A stretch of DNA of 64,000 nucleotides, from the NCBI GenBank assembly GCA_037143015.1, contig JBAWZN010000006.1:2980-66979 (forward strand), read 5' to 3'. Source of the DNA: Flavobacteriia bacterium (GTDB lineage: Bacteria > Bacteroidota > Bacteroidia > Flavobacteriales_D > Crocinitomicaceae). Numbering within the stretch: position 1 is the first letter of the stretch; every line of letters starts with the position of its first letter. Positions 37,493-47,670 of this stretch are shown one piece after another. The notes under the pieces are model-generated. The model saw only the letters and a list, made by a program, of their open reading frames with translations. It was not told where the DNA came from and searched no databases. The position numbers and the translations under genes are program-made.

Positions 37493-40456
37493 TTAAAATT
37501 TGTAGGTAAGTGAAAAACTGATCGTTCTACCAAATTTTGTATTCCAAATTAAGTCATCTTGGTTTTTATCGAAGCGATTTTGTCCACTTGATTCCCCTGT
37601 AAATAAGTAATTTCCAATTTTTTGAAATGCATTCACTTCTGGAGTAGAATTGAAATTATTTTGATAAAAAATCAAGCGTTGAGCTAAAATATTTTGACAA
37701 TTTAATTTCAAATCCAGTTTACCTTCATTAAATGATTTAGCAATTTGAAAATCTAGGAAAGTTCTGCTTTTCTCCCAAATATCTGGCTGCAATACACTTC
37801 CTAAAATGTACATTCTAGATCCAACGCGGTTTACATTCAAAGCTAACGTAAAATTATTCAAAGTCTTATAGATGACCCCACAATTCAAGACATACGGGGA
37901 TTGTCCTTGAAGTGGACGAGAGTCATAAGGGGTTCCAATATTTTGAGATACATCAACAACAGAATGAATGAAACCAAGATTGGAGAAAAATTCAAATTGA
38001 TTCCAATTTGAGGCAGTATCCAATTTAAGTAAAGCACCAATATTAGACTTGATTTCGAACTCTAGTCCATAATTTGTCGCGTTTGGAACATTTTTGTAAG
38101 AAATCTCATTCAAAACATCTGGACGTGTAATTTGCTCGATTGGATTTACAAAGTACTTGTAAAATGTCCCTATTGAGATAAGTTGTCCTTTACCAGGATA
38201 GAACTCATAGCGTACATCTACATTAGTGATTTTAGCTCTTTTTAGGGAATCGTTTCCAGAAAGAACGAATTGTGTATTAAAGTCGTAAAATGCAAATGGT
38301 GCTAATTCTCGGTATTCCGGTCTATTTAAGGTTTGAGATGCACTTACTCGCAGGACTTTTTGCAAGTTGAAGTTGTGAATGAAATTTAAGGAAGGAAGCA
38401 CATCTAAATTATGCATATGAACAGCCAAAGGTGATTTGTCTGCGCGTCTTGCATCTAAGTTTTGAGTAAAGTCTTCTAAACGTGCACCATAAAGGATTTT
38501 GTTTTTTCCAAATAGTTGCATTATCGAAATATATCCCGCATATAATTGAGAATTGGCAGTATAGGAATCAGAAGCTTTTGTACCATCCGAAAGTTTAAAT
38601 CCACCCACACCCGGAGATAGAAGTCCCATGTTTTGAATCTGAAAAATGGAATCTTCAGGTAAATAAAGCAGGTTTGTATTGAAATTCGTTGACCCTCCAA
38701 CAGCACCATATTTGGTATAGCCTAATTGACGTGCTTGGAAATCGCGGTTTCTTAATTGAACGAAAATACCTGTTTTAAATTCCAGTTTTGGTTTTTTCTC
38801 TTGTTTGGTTGAATCTTGATGGTAAATTTCTTTGGTGAAATTCACTTTGAAACTAGACATATTTTCTTTGTTATTTGAAAAAAACATGTTACCACCATAA
38901 TCAGGTCCGACATTTGTTTGGGAAATATTTGCAACATACATGGTGTCATGGTAATCTGGACTACTTGGATCATTCACATATTTCATGCGAGAATATATGT
39001 TTCTGCGCAAGTTTGGAATACTACGTTGAATGTTACTTAATCCCAACATCCAATCAATTTTCATTTTGCCATCCTTATCAATGGCATGCTGCCCATTAAG
39101 CTGGGATGAGAAGATTTGGTTGATTGTCATCCAATTGGCATTGGAACGAAGCAATGAAGGATTCAAGTCTAATGGATTAATTTCCCCAGTTCGATTAATA
39201 ATGCGATTATCGGTGTTAATCGTATAAAGATTTTTAAAACTCAAACTGTTTTTAGCATTCAACTTTAAGGACAAATTCAACATAGAACCTGTTAGTAATT
39301 GTGTTGAATACACTTTATCAAAAAACTGATTCTCAATTTGTGAGGTCCCAGATCCTCCTGAATTATCTGTAAAAGATTTACGAGTCGTTTCGTTATAGTT
39401 GTTGCTTTTGTTGTAGGACAGGGAACCAATAAATCCAAATTCTTTTTTATTCTTAAATTCTTTTCGATACCCACCGGCGTATTGAAGACTAAAGTTCGGC
39501 ATAAAAGTAGCATCACTTAACTTCCAATTTGATTGAAATGATTTCGCTAAAGCTGCTTGGTCGCTCATTAAGGATGGGAAATCTAATACGGATGGAATTG
39601 AAGAGGGCATAGCTCTTGACCCGTCATCAAGTCCAAGCCAATCTAACTTGCCTTCTTTAGCATATTTTCGGTCTTTAAAAGTTGTAATGGTATTATATCC
39701 TCCGGAAATTGAAATGGATTGAAAATTCTCAACAGGAATATTTTTTGTTTTAATTTGGATAATTCCACCGGCAAATTCTCCAGGTAGGTCAGCTGATGCT
39801 GTTTTTACAATAGCCAGATTCTCCAACATATTTACTGGAAAAATGTCGAAAGCAAAAGCTTTTCTGTCAGATTCAGAAGACGGAAGCGGAGCATCATTTA
39901 AATAGGCCGCATTGTAACGGTCGTTCAATCCTCGAATAATGGCGAACTTATTGTCTTGGATACTCGCACCACTTATTTTTTTTAACGCATCTCCAACTGT
40001 TTTATCCGGACTTCTCTGAATAAGTTGTGCTGGAATAATGTCCATCATGACATTGCTCTTATATTGCATTTGAGTGGTACCTATGTTAGACTCTGTATTT
40101 ACCTTGGTTTTAATGATAACCTCTTGTTTTGTAGATACGTTGTAAATCAAACTGGCATTAATTATTGTATTTCCTTTTGCCTTTACTACCACATCGGACA
40201 TTTCCATTTTTTGATAACCACCTGAGCTGAATAGTAAAGTATATGTCCCTGGAATTAAATCACGAATCACGTAATCCCCATTCAAATCTGTGAATGCACC
40301 CTTGGAAGCCCCAATAACCGTTATTTTTGCATCCAAAATCGCTTCATTTGTTCCATCAGATGTGATTTTCCCGGAAATAACCCCGGTTTGAGCAAGAGAA
40401 ATAAGTTGAATAGAACTGAAAATTACTAAGGAAAAAAAGCGGAAAAAGTTCTTCAT
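37493..40456 (-). CDS. TonB-dependent receptor with N-terminal carboxypeptidase-regulatory-like domain
   Basis: 987 aa. CarboxypepD_reg-like start (GVISGKITS...GTYTLLFSSGGYQ), plug motifs (DALKKISGASIQDNKFAIIRGLNDRYN), long beta-barrel, terminal aromatic residue (LTYKF). Confidence 0.85.
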   Translation of the reverse strand: MKNFFRFFSLVIFSSIQLISLAQTGVISGKITSDGTNEAILDAKITVIGASKGAFTDLNGDYVIRDLIPGTYTLLFSSGGYQKMEMSDVVVKAKGNTIINASLIYNVSTKQEVIIKTKVNTESNIGTTQMQYKSNVMMDIIPAQLIQRSPDKTVGDALKKISGASIQDNKFAIIRGLNDRYNAAYLNDAPLPSSESDRKAFAFDIFPVNMLENLAIVKTASADLPGEFAGGIIQIKTKNIPVENFQSISISGGYNTITTFKDRKYAKEGKLDWLGLDDGSRAMPSSIPSVLDFPSLMSDQAALAKSFQSNWKLSDATFMPNFSLQYAGGYRKEFKNKKEFGFIGSLSYNKSNNYNETTRKSFTDNSGGSGTSQIENQFFDKVYSTQLLTGSMLNLSLKLNAKNSLSFKNLYTINTDNRIINRTGEINPLDLNPSLLRSNANWMTINQIFSSQLNGQHAIDKDGKMKIDWMLGLSNIQRSIPNLRRNIYSRMKYVNDPSSPDYHDTMYVANISQTNVGPDYGGNMFFSNNKENMSSFKVNFTKEIYHQDSTKQEKKPKLEFKTGIFVQLRNRDFQARQLGYTKYGAVGGSTNFNTNLLYLPEDSIFQIQNMGLLSPGVGGFKLSDGTKASDSYTANSQLYAGYISIMQLFGKNKILYGARLEDFTQNLDARRADKSPLAVHMHNLDVLPSLNFIHNFNLQKVLRVSASQTLNRPEYRELAPFAFYDFNTQFVLSGNDSLKRAKITNVDVRYEFYPGKGQLISIGTFYKYFVNPIEQITRPDVLNEISYKNVPNATNYGLEFEIKSNIGALLKLDTASNWNQFEFFSNLGFIHSVVDVSQNIGTPYDSRPLQGQSPYVLNCGVIYKTLNNFTLALNVNRVGSRMYILGSVLQPDIWEKSRTFLDFQIAKSFNEGKLDLKLNCQNILAQRLIFYQNNFNSTPEVNAFQKIGNYLFTGESSGQNRFDKNQDDLIWNTKFGRTISFSLTYKF

Positions 40457-40551
40457 AAAATGGTGTTAATTCACTTTGCAAAGGAACGCCGACATTTTAA
40501 TACGAAAATTAATCAAAAGTTAAGGTTATGTTAATAGAATAAGTATTTAGA

Positions 40552-40568
40552 TTAACATATTCTTAACA
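40552..40568 (-). promoter_or_regulatory. Direct repeat TGTTAA-N5-TGTTAA (11-bp period) upstream of the TonB-dependent receptor gene
   Basis: The minus strand reads CATGTTAAGAATATGTTAATC about 95-110 nt upstream of the ATG at 40456. The spacing resembles OmpR/PhoB-type tandem half-sites. The AT-rich context makes a chance match possible. Confidence 0.2.
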
Positions 40569-40572
40569 TGAT

Positions 40573-40598
40573 AAATGGAGGACAATTGCCCTCCATTT
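40573..40598 (-). terminator. Hairpin downstream of the OmpA/TSP3 gene (weak terminator)
   Basis: AAATGGAGG-N8-CCTCCATTT (9-bp stem), with only a short TTTAT tract after it on the minus strand. Confidence 0.4.
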
Positions 40599-40622
40599 AT
40601 CTTCCATCCTTGTATGTTTTGT

Positions 40623-43190
40623 TTAGTCGAACACCACTTTCATTTCCACACGTCTGTTTTTCTGACGTCCTTCCGGTGTCTCATTTGATGCGATTGGTTT
40701 TGTTTCACCGTAATATTGAATGACGAAACGTGTTGCATCGATTCCTTGTGAAACAAGATAGACCTTCACCGCTTCTGCACGTTTTTTAGAAAGAAGCATA
40801 TTAGCGGTATCGTCACCTTGATTATCTGTGTGTCCGGTAATTTCGAGTTTCCACGTTGGTTTTTTCTTCAACACTTCGGCTAATTCGCCTAAAGAAACTT
40901 TCGATCCATCTAAAATAACATCTTTCGCTACTTCGAATTCTAAGTTGTCGAATGCTGTTTTTAATACTTCAATAACGGCTTGTTCAATCACTGGACACCC
41001 TTTGTTTGATTTAGGACCTGGTGTATTCGGACAATCATCATCTTTATCTAGTAGTCCGTCTTTATCGCTGTCTTTATACGGACAACCTTTGTTGGCTGCC
41101 GGTCCAGCTAAGGTCGGACAATCATCGTCTTTATCTAAGATTCCATCGTTGTCACCGTCTTTGTATGGACAACCACGATTTTCTTGAGGGCCAGCGACAT
41201 CTGGACATTCATCGATGAAGTCATAAACGCCATCGGCATCTTTGTCCGGACAACCTTTGTTTTCTTTTGGACCAGCATTATCTGGGCACGCATCTTCTGC
41301 ATCTTGGACGCTATCGCCATCACGATCTGGACATCCTTTGAGTGCGAGTAATCCAGCAACGGTCGGACAAGCGTCCTCTGAATCAATGATTTTATCACCG
41401 TCTGTATCTGGGCATCCTTTGTATTCTTTTAATCCGGCAACATCTGGACAGGCATCTTTTTTGTCGATGATTTTATCACCATCTTTATCGGGACAGCCAT
41501 TGAATTCTTTAGTTCCTGCTTCGTTAATACAGTCATCATCAGAATCTGGAATGCCATCATTGTCCGTATCTGGGCAACCTTTGAATGCCCATGTTCCAGG
41601 AACATCCTTGCATTCATCTTTTCGATTAGAAACTTTGTCGTTGTCCTTGTCTTTTACTCGGTGATAAAGGATTGGAAAACGTGCACCAGCATAAAGTTCA
41701 ATTCCGCTCACTTTATTTTTTGCCAAGAGGGTTTTCATATCGGTAATTCCTAAAATGACTGGACCGATTCGCGTTGCTAAACCATATTTCATTCCACTGT
41801 ATTGATTCATCGAAATCGGCATGTATACACCGAAGTAAGGACTATCAAAACTTGGTGTAATGGAAAACTGATTTGCCGTTTTCACTTTGGAGTCCTTCCC
41901 TTTTGGAATCACATTCACCATGGAAGTAGCATTGATGTAAAATCCTTTCCAAATCTGGTAATCGAATTGAAAACTTACCGCAGTTGGTGTGCGCATTCTG
42001 AAAGTTTGAGATGGGTCTTGAAGCGAAACCCATTCTTTGTTTCCAGCATTAGAAGATTGTTGGATTAAACTGTCAATTATCCCGTCAAATCCTTCTAGGC
42101 TAGTCGCCGTATTAAAGGTTTGTAGGTTAAATAAATTCGAGGTGTTTACGGCAAAATTACGGCTTAATCCACCTTTTGTGAATTTCATGCTTCCCATATC
42201 TACAATGGATAATCCTGCACGTAGTTTGTACTTATTTTCATCTCGTCGCCATAAATTGGTTTCGCCGTCCATGTCGTATTTGAACTTTGCATATTTTGGA
42301 CGCCATTCGTATACAGCTCCGATATCTAGGCCAAAACCTAATTTCGACGATGGGTCAATTAGGTTTGCCAAACTTGGGTTTTGTCCAGCTATTCCATCAT
42401 TAATGATTCCATTGATGTTGTTGGAATAACCGTAATCAAACGTACCTGTCAAGTATTGGGAAGTATCCTCATTGACCAAATTATAGGAGAAGTCATCCGT
42501 GTAAACATAAGCTGCTGCATGTCCGAGCAACGCTTTTGGTGCGATGCCAATTTTTAAGAAATGTTCTTTGTTATCGATTAACACTTGAGAATAGTTGAAT
42601 CCAACTTCCGTCCAAGTCATGTAATTTACGTTGAATAATTGTTCATTGTAAACGGCGTTCCATAAACTGGGGTGCTCTAATCCGTCCTCTGCTAAAACGG
42701 CCAACTTTGGATCCATGTTGTCCACATTGACAATCGTTCTGTTTCTAACATTAAATCCAATTGCCGTTTTTTCATTGACATGAAACATTGTATTTAACAG
42801 GTCCACTTGGAAGTTGATGTTCGCCCCAAGTGTTTTTATGGAGGTTTCATCGTAGTTATGAACGACAAAACGATCAATAAAGCTAGAATCTGGTTGCGAC
42901 CAAGCATTAAATATATTTTGATCACCAAATGATTTATACCAGCCATATCCTTTTCCTCCTTGAGCGTTACGCATGGCATTTGCGTCAAAATACCCAAAGT
43001 TTTGATAAACATTCATGTTTGCTCCAAAAAGGAGCATGTCAAATTTGTAACGTCCATCGACAAAACTTGCTGGATTCACTTGGTTACCAATGACGCCAGC
43101 ATAGTTGCTCGATCCAAGTCCGAGGTAACTTTGCGCGTGAAATTTTGCTTGAACAGCAAAAAGGGAGAGACAGATGAGTAGTTTTTTCAT
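40623..43190 (-). CDS. OmpA-family outer-membrane protein with large N-terminal barrel-like domain and thrombospondin type-3 Ca-binding repeats
   Basis: 855 aa with a signal peptide. About 510-aa beta-rich N-terminal region. About 8 repeats of GCPDxDxDGxxDxxDxCP. C-terminal OmpA domain (ITGHTDNQGDDTANMLLSKKRAEAV...NRRVEMKV). Confidence 0.8.
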   Translation of the reverse strand: MKKLLICLSLFAVQAKFHAQSYLGLGSSNYAGVIGNQVNPASFVDGRYKFDMLLFGANMNVYQNFGYFDANAMRNAQGGKGYGWYKSFGDQNIFNAWSQPDSSFIDRFVVHNYDETSIKTLGANINFQVDLLNTMFHVNEKTAIGFNVRNRTIVNVDNMDPKLAVLAEDGLEHPSLWNAVYNEQLFNVNYMTWTEVGFNYSQVLIDNKEHFLKIGIAPKALLGHAAAYVYTDDFSYNLVNEDTSQYLTGTFDYGYSNNINGIINDGIAGQNPSLANLIDPSSKLGFGLDIGAVYEWRPKYAKFKYDMDGETNLWRRDENKYKLRAGLSIVDMGSMKFTKGGLSRNFAVNTSNLFNLQTFNTATSLEGFDGIIDSLIQQSSNAGNKEWVSLQDPSQTFRMRTPTAVSFQFDYQIWKGFYINATSMVNVIPKGKDSKVKTANQFSITPSFDSPYFGVYMPISMNQYSGMKYGLATRIGPVILGITDMKTLLAKNKVSGIELYAGARFPILYHRVKDKDNDKVSNRKDECKDVPGTWAFKGCPDTDNDGIPDSDDDCINEAGTKEFNGCPDKDGDKIIDKKDACPDVAGLKEYKGCPDTDGDKIIDSEDACPTVAGLLALKGCPDRDGDSVQDAEDACPDNAGPKENKGCPDKDADGVYDFIDECPDVAGPQENRGCPYKDGDNDGILDKDDDCPTLAGPAANKGCPYKDSDKDGLLDKDDDCPNTPGPKSNKGCPVIEQAVIEVLKTAFDNLEFEVAKDVILDGSKVSLGELAEVLKKKPTWKLEITGHTDNQGDDTANMLLSKKRAEAVKVYLVSQGIDATRFVIQYYGETKPIASNETPEGRQKNRRVEMKVVFD

Positions 43191-43193
43191 AGT

Positions 43194-45362
43194 TTATTGC
43201 TTGGTATATTGGATGAGGTAGGAACCTAAATACGTTGTGATGGAGTAGGCGTTTGTCCCGAAAGGACTCACTTGTACTTTTATTTCACCATGGCGTTCAT
43301 TTTGGTCACTAGCGCGTCCGAGTTGGTCAAATATATATAATTCATTTTCAAGGGCATCAAGAATACAAAGAATTGGCGTCCCATTTTTTGATTTTTGGAT
43401 ACTTAAAGCGCTAATTTCTTGCGCAGGAATGGTTTTTTCCCAAATGATTTTTCCGTTTTGATAAGCGTATAGTTCTTTTCCCCTGGAAAAAACAAATGTT
43501 AACTCCTTGTTTAACAGATAAGACCCGAGCAGTTTAACGTTGCTTTTCGTAGAAAATTGTGTGGTCTTGCCATTTTTGATCATCGTTACGCTGGAATTTC
43601 GAATGGAAGTTGGAATTAAATCTATTCCTGTATTGATGAGGCAATAAGTACTATCTATATTCAACTTGCTCAGCGTTTTACGTTTCTCTAAGTCAATCGT
43701 GTAGTACATTGTTGAAGTGAGTATGCCGAGTAAGGGTTTTTTCCCTTGTGTGGTCGCGGCAATTTGTTTAATGGTTCCGTTCACTTGGAAAGGTTTGATG
43801 ACTGTCCCTTTATCGTTCAGTAACTGTATACTTTTATCGGTATTCGCCACGACAAATTCCATTTTGTTCTTAGCGAAATAGGAGCTTGGAGTAATGTCGT
43901 TTTGTGAGGTCATGCGAGAAACAAGACGTCCGGTTTTATCGAAGAGTTGGGTTTCTGTTGCGAATTGAACTGAAACATAAGCCTGACCTATATCAATAAG
44001 TTGCATGGAAAGCACCTCTTGAGGACATGGTTTCTCCCATTTTTTTAATCCGTTAATGTAGCCAACCAAGGTGTGATTTTCGGTCAGTGCAATGACATTT
44101 CCTCTTTCCGGAAATGCCGCAAAGTCAATTACACGCACACCAGGATTCATGACAAAGTAATCCTTGATTTTCTGATTTTCTTTGCGGTCCACGACATCAA
44201 TCAATTGGCAACTCGTTTCCACCAACTTTTTCCCATAAACGCTAATGGACTGTTGCTTCGATTTGGATACTTGTCGAAAAGCTACTTTTTTCGGTAGGTT
44301 GCCATAAACGGTAGCTGTTCTTTTTTCATCTTGAGAAAGTGTATTTGAAAGTTCTGCTTCTGAAATGACGTAATCCAAGAATTCTTTGGAAGTAGAAACG
44401 ACAGCGAATCCATCTATTAAGGCAATATGCAACGAAGGATTCTGTGAACTCCTGTCGTTGTATTCCTCCATGATTTTTGCAAAACGCAGGTGCTTGTATT
44501 CGGCACTTAGTTCATCCGAACCTTCTATTTGAAGGTGTTCGTTTAATATATCGATAGGACTGTAATCTTCTTGGTAATCAAATATAGCCGCACAGTGCTT
44601 GTCTTTTGTCACAAATACGACTCCACTAGAAATCATTTGTTTTGAAAACACCGAATGCGCAAAAACGGGGTCCACTTTTGCTAAATAGGAACGTTCATAA
44701 AAGGAATAACTTTCGATAGTAGACGGGACAACCGGTGCGAAAATTCGACGGTCATCTAATTCCTTGATGGTATTCTTGCTGATAGCGCTCTTGGTGTACG
44801 TATAAATTCGTCCTTTTTTTAGGTAAATGTCGCTCACACGTCCCCCATTTTTTTCAGCAGATAGAAGAACACGACTGAGGCTTGCTTTTGTATCTACTCG
44901 GAACGATTGTTCATTCGCTTCACCAAGTTCACCTTCGTAAATTAATAATTGATTTCCTTTAAAAATACCATGTAGTTTTCCATATTCGAATGAGTTTAAC
45001 TTTCCTAGTTCAAACGGAAATAAGCCATTTTGAAAGAGTTCTTGAATTTCCTTCTTTGACCATGAGCTTCTTTTTTCCAATAAGAACAGCACGTTTTTTG
45101 AACTAAAAAAATAGGAGCAGGGTTCATGAACACGTATGGACAAGGAAGAGTAGAGTGCTTGATTCAGCGACAATGTTTGAATTCCATGATCATTCCAGTT
45201 CACTTCATTGGGCTGATGGATTGCCCAAATTGATCCATCGGCAACTTGAAAATAAGCTCTGAAATTATGGGTGTTTTCTTTTTGTAGTAAGTCGTAAGAC
45301 ACAAAACTTATCCAAGTAATCAAGAACATGCCTAATATGGCAAGAAGCAACCGTTTCATCAT
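43194..45362 (-). CDS. Hypothetical N-terminally membrane-anchored protein with probable beta-propeller C-terminal half
   Basis: 722 aa with a single N-terminal TM helix. The C-terminal half has repetitive beta-strand blocks. It ends 3 nt before the OmpA/TSP3 start. No family recognised. Confidence 0.45.
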   Translation of the reverse strand: MMKRLLLAILGMFLITWISFVSYDLLQKENTHNFRAYFQVADGSIWAIHQPNEVNWNDHGIQTLSLNQALYSSLSIRVHEPCSYFFSSKNVLFLLEKRSSWSKKEIQELFQNGLFPFELGKLNSFEYGKLHGIFKGNQLLIYEGELGEANEQSFRVDTKASLSRVLLSAEKNGGRVSDIYLKKGRIYTYTKSAISKNTIKELDDRRIFAPVVPSTIESYSFYERSYLAKVDPVFAHSVFSKQMISSGVVFVTKDKHCAAIFDYQEDYSPIDILNEHLQIEGSDELSAEYKHLRFAKIMEEYNDRSSQNPSLHIALIDGFAVVSTSKEFLDYVISEAELSNTLSQDEKRTATVYGNLPKKVAFRQVSKSKQQSISVYGKKLVETSCQLIDVVDRKENQKIKDYFVMNPGVRVIDFAAFPERGNVIALTENHTLVGYINGLKKWEKPCPQEVLSMQLIDIGQAYVSVQFATETQLFDKTGRLVSRMTSQNDITPSSYFAKNKMEFVVANTDKSIQLLNDKGTVIKPFQVNGTIKQIAATTQGKKPLLGILTSTMYYTIDLEKRKTLSKLNIDSTYCLINTGIDLIPTSIRNSSVTMIKNGKTTQFSTKSNVKLLGSYLLNKELTFVFSRGKELYAYQNGKIIWEKTIPAQEISALSIQKSKNGTPILCILDALENELYIFDQLGRASDQNERHGEIKVQVSPFGTNAYSITTYLGSYLIQYTKQ

Positions 45363-45440
45363 TTCACGTATTTATTCAAAAATACCTTGAAATCGTCGTT
45401 CGTAGAATGTCTGCAGCGATTTAAATTAACAAGGAAATGT

Positions 45441-46061
45441 TTACTCGAATAAATCAAGTTGACTTTTATCTGCGAGCAAGCGAAAAGTCATGCGGTGATG
45501 AGGACTAGGGCCGTATTTTTCGATGGCTGAACGGTGTTCAATTGTTGGATATCCCTTGTTTTTTTTCCATTGGTAAACGGGAAAATCACCATGTAATTCC
45601 TCCATGATTTCATCCCTTTTTGTTTTGGCTAAAATCGATGCGGCTGCAATGGATTGGTATTTCGCATCTCCTTTGATGATACAGGCATGAGGAATGTTTG
45701 GATATGCTCTGAAGCGATTCCCATCGATGAGCAAAAATTCCGGTTTATGGGTCAATTGGTCTACCGCACGATGCATTGCGAGAAAACTAGCATTTAGAAT
45801 ATTGATTTCGTCAATTTCTCCGTGAGAAACGATTCCGATGGCGTAGGCAATGGCTTCACTCATAATCTGATCACGGAGCAGCAGTCTATTTTTCTCGTTA
45901 ATTTGCTTTGAGTCGTTGAGTGCCGCAATGGGTTTAGTGGGGTCTAGAATAACGGCAGCGGCCACTACGGGACCACTTAAACAGCCACGACCTGCTTCAT
46001 CGCAACCTGCTTCCATGCGTCCGAGTTCAAAGTATGCTAATAAATTTGCCATTGGATTCAA
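45441..46061 (-). CDS. rnhB: Ribonuclease HII
   Basis: [15 protein letters not shown] and DSKQ...[10 protein letters not shown] motifs. Confidence 0.9.
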   Translation of the reverse strand: MNPMANLLAYFELGRMEAGCDEAGRGCLSGPVVAAAVILDPTKPIAALNDSKQINEKNRLLLRDQIMSEAIAYAIGIVSHGEIDEINILNASFLAMHRAVDQLTHKPEFLLIDGNRFRAYPNIPHACIIKGDAKYQSIAAASILAKTKRDEIMEELHGDFPVYQWKKNKGYPTIEHRSAIEKYGPSPHHRMTFRLLADKSQLDLFE

Positions 46062-46112
46062 AATTGCAAAATATTTTGTAGATTAGCACATACGATATTA
46101 AACCATCTCGCT

Positions 46113-46484
46113 ATGAAACATGTGCTTTTTGGAATCCTTTTCTTTTTGACGGGTTCAATTTCTTTTGGTCAAACAACCAACACGGCTAGTTGTCCCTCTT
46201 CTAAAAACTTGAAATCAGGTGTTGCTTCAGGGAAAATCGAGGTTACCTTGCCGAATCAATTGAGTCCAGAAGATGTAGCGAGTTTTGCAAAGTATTACGA
46301 ACCGTTTTTCTTTGTTGACTTTAATTCAAAAAATCACGTGGCAACATTTCAGATGGTGACCAATACACCTGAATCACGTCGTGTAATCCTACGTTTTTTA
46401 TCTGCTAATCAAATTCAATCAGTGTTGGTTGATGGAAAATCATACCAATTACAAGATTTCTATCAAAATTTCCTTGAAAAATGA
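46113..46484 (+). CDS. Hypothetical secreted protein
   Basis: 123 aa with a signal peptide. No family recognised. 4-bp overlap with the next gene. Confidence 0.4.
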   Translation: MKHVLFGILFFLTGSISFGQTTNTASCPSSKNLKSGVASGKIEVTLPNQLSPEDVASFAKYYEPFFFVDFNSKNHVATFQMVTNTPESRRVILRFLSANQIQSVLVDGKSYQLQDFYQNFLEK

Positions 46485-46963
46485 GAACTTTTTTCGCGTG
46501 CATGGTAAGCATTGGATTCATTCTACAAAGTTGTGGCTCCGAAAAGGAGGCATTTAAACAATACGGTCCAACAAAGGTAGATAGTGTTCAAGCTATTTCA
46601 ATGGATGACATGGTGAAACAATTCAACCAAAATCCGCAGCAAGATACCTTTACCTTTTATGCTCCAATCGTGAATGTTTGTCAGAGCGCAGGATGTTGGG
46701 TGAATGTGAGAAAGTCAGATAATGACCTGCTTCGTATTCGCTTCAAAGATCATTTTGGTATTCCACCAAAAACGGAAACTGGCAATGTTGCTTACTTTCA
46801 TGGAACAGCCTATTACGATACGATTTCTGTTCAACTTCAGAAACATTTTCTAGAAGATGGGAATGCACCTCAATCGGAAATTGATAAGATTGTAGCTCCA
46901 AAAATTGAAATGAATTTTCTGGCAGATGGAGTTCTCATTCCTACTTCTTCAAAACAAAAATAA
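46481..46963 (+). CDS. DUF4920-like lipoprotein
   Basis: 160 aa with a lipobox (LQSC). The CQSAGCWVNV motif and size resemble DUF4920 proteins. Confidence 0.45.
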   Translation: MRTFFACMVSIGFILQSCGSEKEAFKQYGPTKVDSVQAISMDDMVKQFNQNPQQDTFTFYAPIVNVCQSAGCWVNVRKSDNDLLRIRFKDHFGIPPKTETGNVAYFHGTAYYDTISVQLQKHFLEDGNAPQSEIDKIVAPKIEMNFLADGVLIPTSSKQK

Positions 46964-47082
46964 CGGTAGTTATCGAAAAGAGATGGACAAGTATTTCTAT
47001 CCACAAGTATATGGATAAGATTTTTGCGTCTATTTAGCTTGGGATTGTTACCATTCCCAATGAATACTTTCCTTATCCTTTT

Positions 47083-47652
47083 CTATCTAAAATCATAGAT
47101 TCCTTTCGGAGTAATGCACATGTGAACTGCGATATCGTTCGGATCAATGTCGTCTATCGGCATAAATTCGTCGAACAAGTGAAGCCCTATAAATATACAT
47201 TCAGGCTTACAGCGAGCGAGTAAGCGATCATAGAAACCTTTGCCATAGCCAACTCGAAATCCTTTGTCGTTAAGACCCAATAGCGGCACAAAAACGTAGT
47301 CTAATAACGCTGTTTGGATTTCCTTCCCAGTAGTAGGTTCTGGAATACCAAAGCTGTTCAATGTCAATTGGCTTTCACCTTCATAAAGGTACAAGCGCAT
47401 ACTGAGATCTGAAAAATTGGATGTAGCTACAACGGGGTTTCCTCCTTGGTGCATGATGTCTTCCAATAAACCAAATGTATTGAATTCCTTTTGACGCTCA
47501 ATAGGTAAAAAGAGGCTAACGTATTTTTCCTTAAATGAAAAAGAATCCCTCACAAGTGCTTGGACTTGTGAAGAGATTCTTTCTATATCGTTTGGACTGA
47601 GTCCGGATCTTTTTTGTTTATAAAAGGATCTGATTTCCGATTTGAGCATCAA
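47083..47652 (-). CDS. 5-formyltetrahydrofolate cyclo-ligase
   Basis: 189 aa; GYGKGFYDRLL motif and overall MTHFS-like layout. Confidence 0.8.
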   Translation of the reverse strand: MMLKSEIRSFYKQKRSGLSPNDIERISSQVQALVRDSFSFKEKYVSLFLPIERQKEFNTFGLLEDIMHQGGNPVVATSNFSDLSMRLYLYEGESQLTLNSFGIPEPTTGKEIQTALLDYVFVPLLGLNDKGFRVGYGKGFYDRLLARCKPECIFIGLHLFDEFMPIDDIDPNDIAVHMCITPKGIYDFR

Positions 47653-47670
47653 AAAATCAATAAAGTGTAA

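Noticed and set aside
40457-40622. Cobalamin or other riboswitch in the leader of the TonB-dependent receptor
   Set aside because: The leader is AT-rich, lacks a B12-box-like GCCACTG core or extended conserved helices, and is too short once the upstream terminator hairpin is subtracted.
40828-41664. Plus-strand ORFs of 119, 65 and 140 aa with SGQP/SLS repeats
   Set aside because: They are antisense shadows of the thrombospondin type-3 repeat region of the OmpA gene. Their periodicity simply reflects the coding repeats on the other strand.
47031-47061. Short hairpin TTGGGA...TCCCAA between the convergent DUF4920 and cyclo-ligase genes
   Set aside because: The stem is only 6 bp with a 10-nt loop and no adjacent T-run, which is too weak to call a terminator.
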